A stretch of DNA of 64,000 bases, taken from positions 62,001-126,000 of the forward strand of contig NIVC01000497.1 in assembly GCA_002269645.1 (NCBI GenBank). Reading direction: 5' to 3'. Below the pieces are notes generated by a model. It was not told the origin of the DNA. It saw only the letters and a list, made by a program, of their open reading frames with translations, and did not search any database. Source of the stretch: Macrostomum lignano (Eukaryota). Below are positions 13,577-24,646 of the stretch, piece by piece. Within the stretch, counting starts at the first letter, position 1; every line of letters begins with the position of its first letter. A program made the translations under genes and the position numbers.

Positions 13577-15238
13577 TTATTTTTGTTGATAGGCGATTTT
13601 CAGGGTCTATAGATGAATTTTAGGCACAGTGAAGTGTACATGCCTAACGATAAAATAAAGTTAGGGCCGCTGTACACTCCTGTGTGAGTGTGTGCCTGTG
13701 CGTATGACTGCGTACGCATCCGCGCGCTTGTGTGCCTGCTCAGGGGAGTCGGCGGAATGGGCAGTAATGCCTCTCGCCGGCTGTGTGACAATGTCGTGTA
13801 AAGGGTGCACACTGCACGCCTTGTCTCCAATAAAAAGTATATGGATGTCAGGATCTATAGATGCATGTCAGGGTCTATAGATGCGTCCTAGGATTTATAG
13901 ATGGTGTCAGAATCTCTAGATGTGTTTCAGGGTCTATAGATATTAGATGACTCTGTGTGATAGCTTCTCTAAACGAGCAGCAGTGTCAGCAGTGTCTACA
14001 TGTACATTTGGGTGACAGTGTCTCTAGATCGGTTAGGTCTCAGGTTCCTTGGGTGGGACCCCAAGGTCTTTGGATTGGTGCAAATGTGTTTATATTGATC
14101 TCTCTGCATAGCGGTGCCCAGACACTTTCATTCAGTTGATTATTAGAAAACTGCGCAATTTGAAATTGAAAAGAAAATTGAAGAAATGACTGTCAAAAAT
14201 GACAACAGCATTTAAAGTGAAATAAAACCCGAAAATTATTTTCAAAGCAAAGAAGCAGCGCGAGTCTTTTGGCAATTCAATATTTTATTTGCGTTTAGTA
14301 ATTAATATATAAAGTTTAAAATATCAATGTTTGATCAAGAGGTTTGCTAGTTACAAATATAAGTTTTGACTAGTTGCGCAGGTGCTCTGTATCAAACAGG
14401 CTATCATCTTTGCAGTAATAATTTTAGAACATCCAAATTTTATAGTTAAATATGCAAAATACATGTCATTTCGTTTGAGAAAAATATTAAGACTTGAAAA
14501 TAGCATCAAAATCAAAACCAACACTAAGTTGTCATTCTCAAGGAATATGATCTGTAAAAACCGAAATTAATTCAATTTTGCAAGCTCTGGAAAAAATAGG
14601 AATTATTACAATTCGAGCATAACAGATCACCAGCAAAATATTTTAATTAGCCTACTAACAGTAAGCTATTTAGAAAAATTTGAGAAATTTTGATGGAATG
14701 ATTTGAAGAATATGGCTGAATTCAACAGCTGGAGAAATAAAACTTTCCTAGGCACCAGTATGCAAATTGTCTAAGTTATTTACAGTAATGAAAACAGAGT
14801 AAGTACATCATTAGGAATATTAGAAAAGTGATAAAAGTGGTGAATATTACAAAAGTACAAAAAAATAGTAAACGTGCAAAACAAGCAAAACTTTAATTTT
14901 AATTTGATTTCGGTTGCCTGATCCTACGTGAGAAATGAGGCATCAAGTAGACAGAAAACGCTACTTCTTCATTGTTTAAAAGGTTTACAAAAGATTATCA
15001 AACTTCGATATCTATCGGTAGCTGACTAACACTGATCTGTTAGGGTCGTCGTTTGCAAGAAGTACATGTACAAAAGGTCAATCGCAAAGTTGCTAGCAGC
15101 GTTTAACCAAAACACTTTTAGAATAATTCCTGGTTAGGATATACAGCAAATTGTTGGTACACATTGACGGAATTGACCAGCGACTTCAACCAATTGGCTA
15201 TTTGTTGTTACAGTCTAAGCCCACTTATTGGCAAAATC

Positions 15239-15738
15239 TGGGGCCAGTTATTTGCACAGTCTAGGGCCAGTTATTTGCAGAGTCTAGGGTCAGTTATTTG
15301 CACAGTCTAGGGCCAGCTATTTGCACAGTCTAGGGCCAGTTATTTGCACAGTCTAGGGCCAGTTATTTGCACAGTCTAGGGCCAGTTATTTGCACAGTCT
15401 AGGGCCAGCTATTTGCACAGTCTAGGGCCAGTTATTTGCACAGTCTAGGGCCAGCTATTTGCACAGTCTAGGGCCAGTTATTTGCACAGTCTAGGGCCAG
15501 TTTTTTGCACAGTCTAGGGCCAGTTATTTGCACAGTCTAGGGCCAGTTATTTGCACAGTCTAGGGCCAGTTATTTGCACAGTCTAAGGCCAGTTTTTTGC
15601 ACAGTCTAGGGCCAGTTATTTGCACAGTCTAGGGCCAGTTATTTGCACAGTCTAGGGCCAGCTATTTGCACAGTCTAGGGCCAGTTATTTGCACAGTCTA
15701 GGGCCAGTTATTTGCACAGTCTAGGGCCAGTTTTTGGC
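15239..15738. repeat. 23-bp minisatellite (GGGCCAGTTATTTGCACAGTCTA)n
   Basis: About 21 near-identical units ending about 75 bp from the stop codon of the minus-strand TM gene. Confidence 0.97.
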
Positions 15739-15813
15739 ACAATCAATGAATGTTCTCTAGTCATGGTAGAATTACAGTCTCAGAACGACTCAAAATGGTC
15801 ACTAACTAAAATT

Positions 15814-16959
15814 TTATGGCGACGTAATGAGCCCAGCCCTGGATCCCGACAGACTCTCGAGCGGCTGCTCAAGAGACCCGACATCAGCTTGTTGTTGGCT
15901 TCTAGAAGCACCAACAGAAGCAGCCGCAGCGGCAGCAGTTCCAGGCAAAGCCGACTGGCCAGCCATCTCAGGCAGAATCTGGCGCATCAAGTCGGTGAAG
16001 TTCAAATAGATGAACAGAATATTTTTCACCACAAAAGCTGACACAAGAGTCAGTGACAGGCTGTACCACAGGTAGAGCCGGATAATGAACAGAGGCAGGT
16101 TGCACAGCAGCACAGAGAACAGCAGGTGCAGCGATCGAACTAATCGACTCTTGGCCGTGGTCAGGTAGCCGAACCGGCTGAACGAGTACACAGACATCAG
16201 GCAGGCTGGAGCCAGCAGTGTGGCCGCGGCAAAAGTCAGAATGCACTCAGTCAGACCCGCTGGCAGGCGTTGACGCGAATTATTCACTAACAGCACGTCG
16301 AGAAAGTCGACAGCGTCCAGCACATCGATGGCAGTTTCCGCTCCGATGCGGAAGATGAACAAATGATTCTTCAGTATGAACGGCGGTCCCAGCAGCAGGG
16401 ATTTCATCAATAGGAATCCTGTCACGCAGCTCAGTGCTCCGGTTGTGCGCAGCAGATTCGAGCCGACATTCCCCCATGCGCCTACTGTTGTACCAAACGA
16501 GTAGTATATAACGATTAGGCGAGCAACCACGCAGGCCTGGTTCAGCAGCCACAGGGCCCAGGCAAATGGAATTTCGCCGGGCTGTTTCGCTTCAAGGAAC
16601 CTCGTGTACTGGCCCCGCCTGTAAAGGTAGGTGTTGACAAAGCCATAGACTAAGGCTCCGATCACGACAATGTCAGCGACAAGGAACCAAAGCCAGGCAA
16701 CGCTCAGACCCGTCACTAAGTAGTAATTGAGCAGTGCGCACTGGACCACGGCCACAAGGCCGCAGACCAGGCAGTGAAAATGGTCGGCGCATTCCTCAGC
16801 AACAGTGGAGAAAGACTGCTGCGATGATGGGGTTGAAGGCCAGGGCAGCGGGTGCTGCTGTAATGGAGGAGCTGTACCTTGAGAGACAGTCGATGGGCCA
16901 GCAGCTTGGCCAGATGGGCCAAAGCCCACCGTTGCAGGGCGTCTAGAAGCTGCTGACAT
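15814..16959 (-). CDS. TMEM121/CECR6-family-like multi-pass membrane protein (381 aa from MSAASRR), single coding exon
   Basis: Open 399-codon ORF with ATG at 16959 and several hydrophobic segments. Recalled family-like motifs: EIPFAWALW, DVLDAVDFLD, NLPLFIIRL, SAFVVKNILFI. The family assignment is from memory, not from a search. Confidence 0.72.
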   Translation of the reverse strand: MSAASRRPATVGFGPSGQAAGPSTVSQGTAPPLQQHPLPWPSTPSSQQSFSTVAEECADHFHCLVCGLVAVVQCALLNYYLVTGLSVAWLWFLVADIVVIGALVYGFVNTYLYRRGQYTRFLEAKQPGEIPFAWALWLLNQACVVARLIVIYYSFGTTVGAWGNVGSNLLRTTGALSCVTGFLLMKSLLLGPPFILKNHLFIFRIGAETAIDVLDAVDFLDVLLVNNSRQRLPAGLTECILTFAAATLLAPACLMSVYSFSRFGYLTTAKSRLVRSLHLLFSVLLCNLPLFIIRLYLWYSLSLTLVSAFVVKNILFIYLNFTDLMRQILPEMAGQSALPGTAAAAAASVGASRSQQQADVGSLEQPLESLSGSRAGLITSP

Positions 16960-18155
16960 TCGTAGCACACTGCATGAAGTAGAGTAGATAGTAAAACAAA
17001 TAGAAAAAAGCAAATATCTAAAAAAGTATCTACACTCAAGATATAAGAATTAGATTCAAATTTTGATAGTTTGAAAACCAAAGTTACAGATGCTACATAA
17101 AATTTTGCAATGCTTTCATTGCACTAAGACCATAATGTTTCTCTATAACTATAAAATATAATAAAAAATTAAGATTTAGATATACATGCATTAAGTGCAG
17201 AATAAGCTATAATAAACTTTAATAAACAATGAAATTGGTCTTTCACTTTTATCTAAAGTTGCTAAATATTAATACATCATAGATTTTAAAATTGGCAATC
17301 AAGTTTTGTGCTTTCAATGCCAATGTTACTTACAACAAATTTAGCATTTTCTCATACTGCCTAAATTTTATATCAACCTCTATAGAAAAGTGTTGGTATT
17401 TAGGCATAATTATATATTTAACTAAAGGGTCACAAGGCCCAGATTATTTCTAGATATAAGGTTAAATAATAATCTATTTTATCATATCCTATCCATAAAT
17501 GATTCGGAACTAATTAGGGCCTAATGCTATCAAAGTAACGATTCTATAGTATATTATACACAACAAGGTAACTTTTTTAATTCTGAAATATTTAATTTGT
17601 CAATGTTTGAGCCAGCTTACTTTTAATGAAAAAAAAATTACTACAAGAGCACCTGAAAAAACTACCTATCAATTATTTTATCAAAGCTTTAAATAAAAGT
17701 ATTATATAAACAAGAAACAAACAAATGTATATAACCACTTTATTACATAGCTGGTTCTTGCCTATAAAAATTTTTTACTAAGTCTATAATGCTAGCTGGC
17801 AATTTTATGATTCCTATTCGCTATCTATAGCTTTACCCTTATAGCGAACTCACACCTATGCTATGGGCTATGGCTATGCAGGATATACTGGTTAGTGGTT
17901 AGTCAGGCAGGTTATAGGTTAGGCCTATATATATTATATAGTATAGTATCACCCAGAATATCAGAAACAGGTTAGAGAACCAATCATTGACTTCGAATGT
18001 CGACAAGTTGAAAAAAGCATTCATAAATTAGCTTGCAATATTCGAAAAAGTGATTTAGTTCTGAATTTTTTTCCGAACAGCAAACAAAAATAGAGTGTGG
18101 GGGAACTGTGAATGTTTTAATATCGATTATTGGGTAGTGTTAAAAGTAAAAAATG

Positions 18156-18853
18156 CAAGGACGACTTAAGTAGAAGGACGGGAAACCTCGTTTCTTAGAA
18201 AATTTTTGAAGGCACTTTTTCCCGAAAAAATACACTGCGGAGATAGGAAATTTTCATTTTTTCAGCACAAAAATTGCTATAACTTTTGATAGGAGGCAGA
18301 TCCAGTGTTGATCTTTTGATATGTTGTGCCTTTTTTATTGCTCTATCGATATTTATAAAGCTTTTCGTTCAGAAAATTAGGATTCTATGTTAATTTTTTA
18401 TTCTGCGTATATTTCCTGTTTCTAAAAATCACAAAAATGCATGACACAGCTCTAATATTTGGTTTTATGAATCTATTTTATCATCTATGTTACGACTATT
18501 TGCTATACAGTCAGGTAAGAAGGATAAAATAGACTCATAAAATCAAAGAGCCAAGCCGTGGCATTCTAATGTATTTCAAGCACAAGACACATTAAAATAT
18601 ACGTAGAATAAAAAATTAACATAGAATCCTAATTTTCTGAACGGAAAGCTTTATAAATATCGATAGAGCAATAAAAAAGGCACAACATATCAAAAGATCA
18701 ACACTGGATCTGCCTCCTATCAAAAGTTATAGCAATTTTTGTGCTGAAAAAATGAAAATTTCCTATCTCCGCAGTGTATTTTTTCGGGAAAAAGTGCCTT
18801 CAAAAATTTTCTAAGAAACGAGGTTTCCCGTCCTTCTACTTAAGTCGTCCTTG
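18156..18853. mobile_element. Non-autonomous foldback DNA transposon (P-like; CAAGG ends, 259-bp TIRs, 8-bp TSD AAAAAATG)
   Basis: 18156-18414 is the reverse complement of 18595-18853, with about 2 mismatches seen. AAAAAATG lies at 18148-18155 and 18854-18861. A weaker inner inverted repeat pairs about 18455-18482 with about 18522-18548. Confidence 0.9.
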
Positions 18854-19299
18854 AAAAAATGATGCAAACATGAGAGCAAGTTACAAACAATCGAACTAAA
18901 TTATACTGTATATTTAGTTGTTAAAGAAATAAATGACTTTAAATCTAGATTTTCATTCATAACTTGTACAAGAGATAATCTACTTTGTTATATTTTAATA
19001 TATCAACGAACATCTTCGAATCTTTGTACACATTTGAAAAAAGGGCACGAAAATTGGTATTTTTGATTTTCGATCAGTCCAGCTGGCCGGGCCAGCTCGC
19101 ACTAAAAAATACTTGTTATTTACATTGAGCAGTAAGCAGTAGCTAGTAAGCTAAGCATCTACTTTGTTATCATTTACATAATTTTATTAACTAATAATTT
19201 TCTCTACTTTTGCAAGCTTCAATTTTTTGAGATTTTTTACTTAAACTAACTAAAAGTAGTAAAAGATATTCGATTAATTCTTTTTTCTCATTCTCACAC

Positions 19300-21840
19300 C
19301 AGACACCACATATAAAATTAAAAAATAAATGTGTATTTTTTCCTGTATCCAATCCATATGTGATATGTATCTTTCAGCTCTTAAATTTAAATATTAGTTT
19401 TTATAGTATATAGTCTTAGGATTTAGGATTTTAACTAATTAGAATGAGTTTTGGGATTAAGCCAAGGATTATTAAGATATTAGGACTTAAGGAAAGCATT
19501 GCTAAAGAATCAAGGTTTTATATAAGAATTTGATAAAATGTCAAGGCTTATATAAGAATTGCTAAGATATCAAGCTATCAAGGCTTATAGAAAAGAGAAT
19601 TATTGAAATGTTTGACTTAAAGGAAGTTGCTTTGATGCTTTAAGCCAAAGCTTATAAAAGATATGCTAAATGCTAGTATGAGGGGCATGACTAAGACTAC
19701 CACACACCAAGACCACCACAGCTATTACTGGCTAGGCCTACTGGTATTAAGGGAGAGCTACCAATCTTTTATCATTGCTATTCCTCTCATAAGCCTAGTC
19801 ATAGGTTCCTTTCTTGCAGGCTTGTCCTGCTGGCTCTCCTACCTACTTATCTTCTCTCTTGCACCATTTAATAACACATTGAGCCAAATTCCTCTCTTAG
19901 CTCCTAAGTGAGGAATGTGGCGGTCTTGGTCCTACACAATGTATGCAGCCATGCTATATATATAGTTCTTAGAGTATATAGCAATCTAGGTAGCAAGACC
20001 AATGCTGCATTCTATGTATATCTAATGTAACTTTCTGACCTATTGCATTGCATAGGTAACAACTTTGAATAGCTAGCCATATCATTTGGTCAGAGGCCTG
20101 CTACCTTAAACCACTATATAAAATATTGCTACTCAACCTAGGGGGGCCTATAGGGACCACACATTTGCAAGGGCAAATGGCAAGATATCTTGAAAAGCTT
20201 TTGACTGATGCTAGTATCCCAGACCAAGCTAGGAGTATGACTTTTTGAAGGTTATGGGATAGCCCAAAATGCTCTGATTTCTCCCCCCCTTTCTAGTCAT
20301 TGAGTGGCTGGCAGATAAAGTTTTTTTGTTATTGTTGTTATTATTACTTATTCTTATAAAGGATCTAATATTTTTTTAACTCAATAATTAGCTTGCAAAG
20401 CAGATATTTTATTCATAAACTATTTTCCCTTAGAAATAATGGACTAAGTTAACAATACTAACTATATGAATTTATAACCTAGTATAGTTTATTCCAATAC
20501 TAATTTATTTCTTTGTTGCTTTCCTAATGGGGGGGGGGCTTAGATTGCTAGTTTATAAGCATATTTTTTATTACATTTATATTGAAAATAGCTTAGCAAA
20601 ATATTTTTTCTTTGTGCCAAGAAAATCAATTTTTTAAATTATGATACGGTTATTTTATATAGCTTTATAAAAATTGTAGCTATAGGCATAAGTAAGGTAA
20701 ATATATTAAATTGACCGTAAAGAGTATAGATGGTCTCTGACTGTTTTTACCCTGGCTACCTCTGGTGGCATTTCTCAGGTTGTGCACAATCCAATTAGCC
20801 TAATACTTGCTAGCCCAATCCAATTAGAGTCCTCAACAGAGGTGATATACTCATCTAAAAATAACCCTATTTTTTCTTTCTAACTATTTTGACCCTTGGC
20901 TTTGGTTAGGGGGTGTACCTGGAGTGAGTTGGAATTCTAGACTGCAGTTGCAGTATAGCTAGAATAGGACTTGAGCCCCCAGTTGCACCTGCCCTGCAAG
21001 AAAGACAACCATTCACAAAAGTGTATAGTAGAGCCCAGTTGATGCCAGCCCTGAGGCTGAGCTCCAGGTTTAGGGTTTAGGTGCTCTTCCCATTTTGTTT
21101 TTATCCCTTTATGTTTTAACTTTGTGTTTTATCCCTGGCCTTGAAGCCTTCCAATATTCTAGAGTTATGAGCTCTGCCCTCCTTGCCTAGTCTATCTTGC
21201 TTGGCCTGGGTCTATCTGCTGGCTCCTTTGGTTGTCTCCCAGGCTCTTATCTCTGACAGTGGATTGGAGTCCTAGGGTAGAAGTTTGTCCTGAATTGGGG
21301 ATACCAGCTGAGTCCAGGTTCCTCTTGCTCCTTGTGCCCCTTCCCCCCTTGGCCTGGGCCCCAAAATAGAGCTAGGTAGTGAAAGCCTTGAGGCTTGCAG
21401 CCCTGCAGAATAAGAGGTTTGCTTGGTGCCCATCTGACAGGAGCCTTGCCCTTGGTAATTAAGCTGCCCAGACTCACTCCAAAATTAAGACATTTCCATA
21501 GACTTCGAGGTCTCCCTGCTCTTGGATTGCTTTCAGTAGTATTTCTAAAATTTTCCTATCTTTTTTGCATATTCCCAGGATTTGTCTACTGGGTGGTTGC
21601 TTGGATGGACTCAGTCTTAGCACCCTCCCTGATTCCACTGTTGGTCATCAGTGTCTTAGTCCATAGGTTTGGGTTAGTAGCTTTCCCTGACCTTAATGCC
21701 AGGGTCCAATCTGGGCTGCTCAGGCTATATGCCCCTGGTAGATATGCCCCCCTCAGTGGCAGAGCCCCTTTCAGGGCTGATCTGCAGGTTGCCATCTTCC
21801 CATCCCCATCTAACAACAACAACAAATATATTAAATCAGT
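19300..21840. other. CpG-depleted block, probably a hypermutated repeat or retroelement relic
   Basis: Only 4 CG dinucleotides counted by eye in about 2.5 kb (19921, about 20647, about 20706, 21506). Only 1 falls in the roughly 50% GC part (20881-21840). Confidence 0.75.
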
Positions 21841-21953
21841 TATAAAAACATTTTTTATTTAAAGCTTTATTTTTTATAACAAATATTTGTACTTTTTCAA
21901 AATGCTTTGACCAATCTAAGCCATTATTTTGTTTGATTTCATGATCTCATCTA

Positions 21954-22387
21954 ATGGATGCAAAAGAGATATTGGCAATAAATTTAAAATGCAGTGACCA
22001 TCTCAATACAATTGCTTACCAATGTCCAGAATGTAATTACCTTGGCCTGCGATTTGATTGGCTAGAAGAACATGTCAAGCAAACTCATTTTAATAAATGT
22101 GTTTTACTCCAAATCTTAGAATGCAAAGCCTGCAGCATGAGTACAAATTCGCTTTCTTTGTTAGAACAGCATTCTAAGCTCTGGCATGCTGGCAATGTGG
22201 ACTATGGCATTGTTCACGAAATATTAACTAATCCCCAGCTTATTGGTAGTGGTCACAATGACCTACCAAGCTGTCCAAGCAGCATTGTGAATGCTATGCT
22301 TTGCGACAGCGAGCTGGCGCCAAGGTTGAGGTGCACTTTCTCTGAGCTGCTGGCATGTTCGATTGAGCTGCCTGAACAGGAGGGTTC
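21954..22387 (+). CDS. Exon 1 of ZnF-tandem-AlkB gene: two C2H2 zinc fingers
   Basis: YQCPECNYLGLRFDWLEEHVKQTH and LECKACSMSTNSLSLLEQHSKLWH. Donor GTAAGT at 22388 (phase 2). Confidence 0.8.
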
Positions 22388-22570
22388 GTAAGTGGCTAAT
22401 GTTTTATGAATTATATAATTACACTAGCTCACTAGATATTGTTTGTTATTGTTGCCAAACTATGACAATAAATTAAGCTTTACATTTTAATTGAATAGTT
22501 AGTGAGATTTTTTCTCTTCTGTCCTTTTCTTTTAACTAAGCCGTTAGTCTTGTATTTTTTTTCACCACAG

Positions 22571-24254
22571 AATTTACAAGATCGAAAAGTCCGGTGCCTA
22601 CAATCTGCCCGATCAAGTTTCTTTGCAATCTCACAATTTGCCAATTCGTTTGACGCTTGTGCGCCGCTTCCTTGGTCCAGAGCGAGTCCGACTGTCTCGA
22701 GAGCGCATCCTAAGCAACGCCGAGTGGCCGCAGCCTCCGCCGGCAGGACTTCCAGCCGAACAGCGTCGCTCGGCCAGCAGTTCCAAGCGTCTGGCAGCTG
22801 TTCAGGCGGCTTTCTTGACGCTTCATCTGACTGCAACTGTTGCGGCCTGGCATCCGGAGGAGGCGACGCTGTTGAAATTGCTGATCGAGCAAGTTACTGG
22901 CAGACTGTTCAATTCGGCGATACTATGGTGCTTGCGCCAGCAGCACGCTGTGGATTGGTTTGCTTGGTCTGATTGCACCGTTTCAAATGATAGACCTTTG
23001 CCCGGTACTACCGTTGCTATGCTGTTTCTTGGCGATGGAGAACGTAAACTGCGGCTTCGTCGTTCTAATAGCAAAAGTAAAAGTGAAATTACGCTGCAAT
23101 CGGGCGATCTCTGTCTGATGGACGGCGGCTATTGCTTTGATAATAGCTGGCAGCAGAGGCTTGAGTCGGGCGGTGTCGGTAGCGCCAAGACAGCTCTCGT
23201 GGCCTGTTTCATGTGCTGTCACCATCGCAGAGAATCGGAAGTGCTGCAGCCAGTTGATGTTTCCGAAGCCGAAGGACTGATAGAATGTTCTCCTAAGGCT
23301 GAGACTGAGTCCGAACATGCTGACAATGGTGCGGCGAATTCCGAAGGCGCTTCCTCTGTTCCCAAGATTTCGTTCACTGCTTTATCAGACGCGCTGACTG
23401 TGGCGCTGAATTCGAGTCTATCCCAAGCCGTGTCGGAAGCCGTATCAACCGCTCTGATTGCCAGAGCGGCAGAAGCGCAGGAAGCAGCCTGTCAAGTTGA
23501 TTCTAATGAGCTTGACTGTTTACGGAAGGATGCTGAAAAATCTGCTGCGAGATGCAAGTCTAGTACCGCCGGTTTGCCTCAGATTAACTTACTCCAATTG
23601 ATGTACATGGCGCATGGACCAGTTGAGATTAACTTACCTGGCTCTTATCAACTCGATCGGACCAAGGACGGCGTTCATGCTTGCATCTCGTTTATGCCGT
23701 CATTTTTGAATCGAACTGTTGGCCAAAATTTTATGGAGTCTCTGAAGCAGGATTTGGCCTGGAAACAGCTTACTTCTACTACTAAAGATGGTAAGGAGAG
23801 GCAGGAGCCGAGACTGACCTGTTATGTTGGGCCAGACTTTGAGTATTATGGAAATTCGTTAAAAAACTGCAATGATTGGAACCCAAAACTACAGGATCTC
23901 AAAGAAATAGTTGAGAAAGCAGTTGGTCGTCAGTTCAATGCGTGCATGTGCTATATGTATCGCAATGGACGCGACAGTCTTGGCTGGCACTGTGAGAAAG
24001 AGAAACCGCTAGGTGAGCATCCCTACATTGCCGCTGTGTCTCTAGGTCAAGCTCGTTACCTTGAGTTCTCACGCAAAGGTCGAGAAGATCGCTATGTGCG
24101 ACTACGTTCAGCTCACGGCGATCTTGTCGTCACCGAGGGTGCCATCGAAGACTTGTACATTCACCGAGTACCGAAGGACCCGATGGCGCGTCGGACCAGC
24201 TACGCATTTAGCTTCAGATGGATCGAGCCGACCCACCGAAGCGATGTAGTTTGA
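22571..24254 (+). CDS. Exon 2 of ZnF-tandem-AlkB gene: degenerate AlkB-like domain, acidic/helical linker, ALKBH2/3-like 2OG-Fe(II) dioxygenase domain
   Basis: Polypyrimidine tract plus CACCACAG acceptor ends at 22570 (phase 2, in frame, no stop to 24254), giving 705 aa in total. The C-terminal domain has EPRLTCYVG, W-x-P-x-L, FNACMCYMYRNGRDSLGWHCE, IAAVSLGQAR, HGDLVVTEG, HRVPK and FSFR. An N-terminal copy has WHPEEA..VTGRLFNSAIL..AVDWF..VAMLFLG..SGDLCLMDG..WQQRL. Confidence 0.88.
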
Positions 24255-24558
24255 ATTGGCTAAACTTAAAACCTAACATTTCGTTTGATCATACGACTTG
24301 TACATCAGATTTCATTCTTTTTGTACATTGGTTATGTGATAGTGAAGTTTGAATGAGCCTTGTATTTAGCTTGTCATACGAGCCCAACCCTACGAGTAGC
24401 TAAAGGCAGATTCATACTGCAATCAAATGAGCCATCAGATCGCACGATCAATGTACAAAGGAATCAACTGTCCTCGTGTCCCATATTATATTGCCTTCCC
24501 GAGACTCGTTCGCACCGCCGAAAAGCACAGTGAAATGTATTGTAAGGCATTGAATGGC

Positions 24559-24564
24559 AATAAA
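24559..24564 (+). promoter_or_regulatory. Candidate polyadenylation signal AATAAA for the AlkB-like gene
   Basis: First AATAAA about 305 nt after the stop codon. Support is by position only. Confidence 0.35.
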
Positions 24565-24646
24565 TCGATCAGTATCTCAATTACCCTAAGGTAGTATGAG
24601 GGAGCCGTCATTCGCAAGGTTAAATTTTTTATCAACCTTAGAAGGA

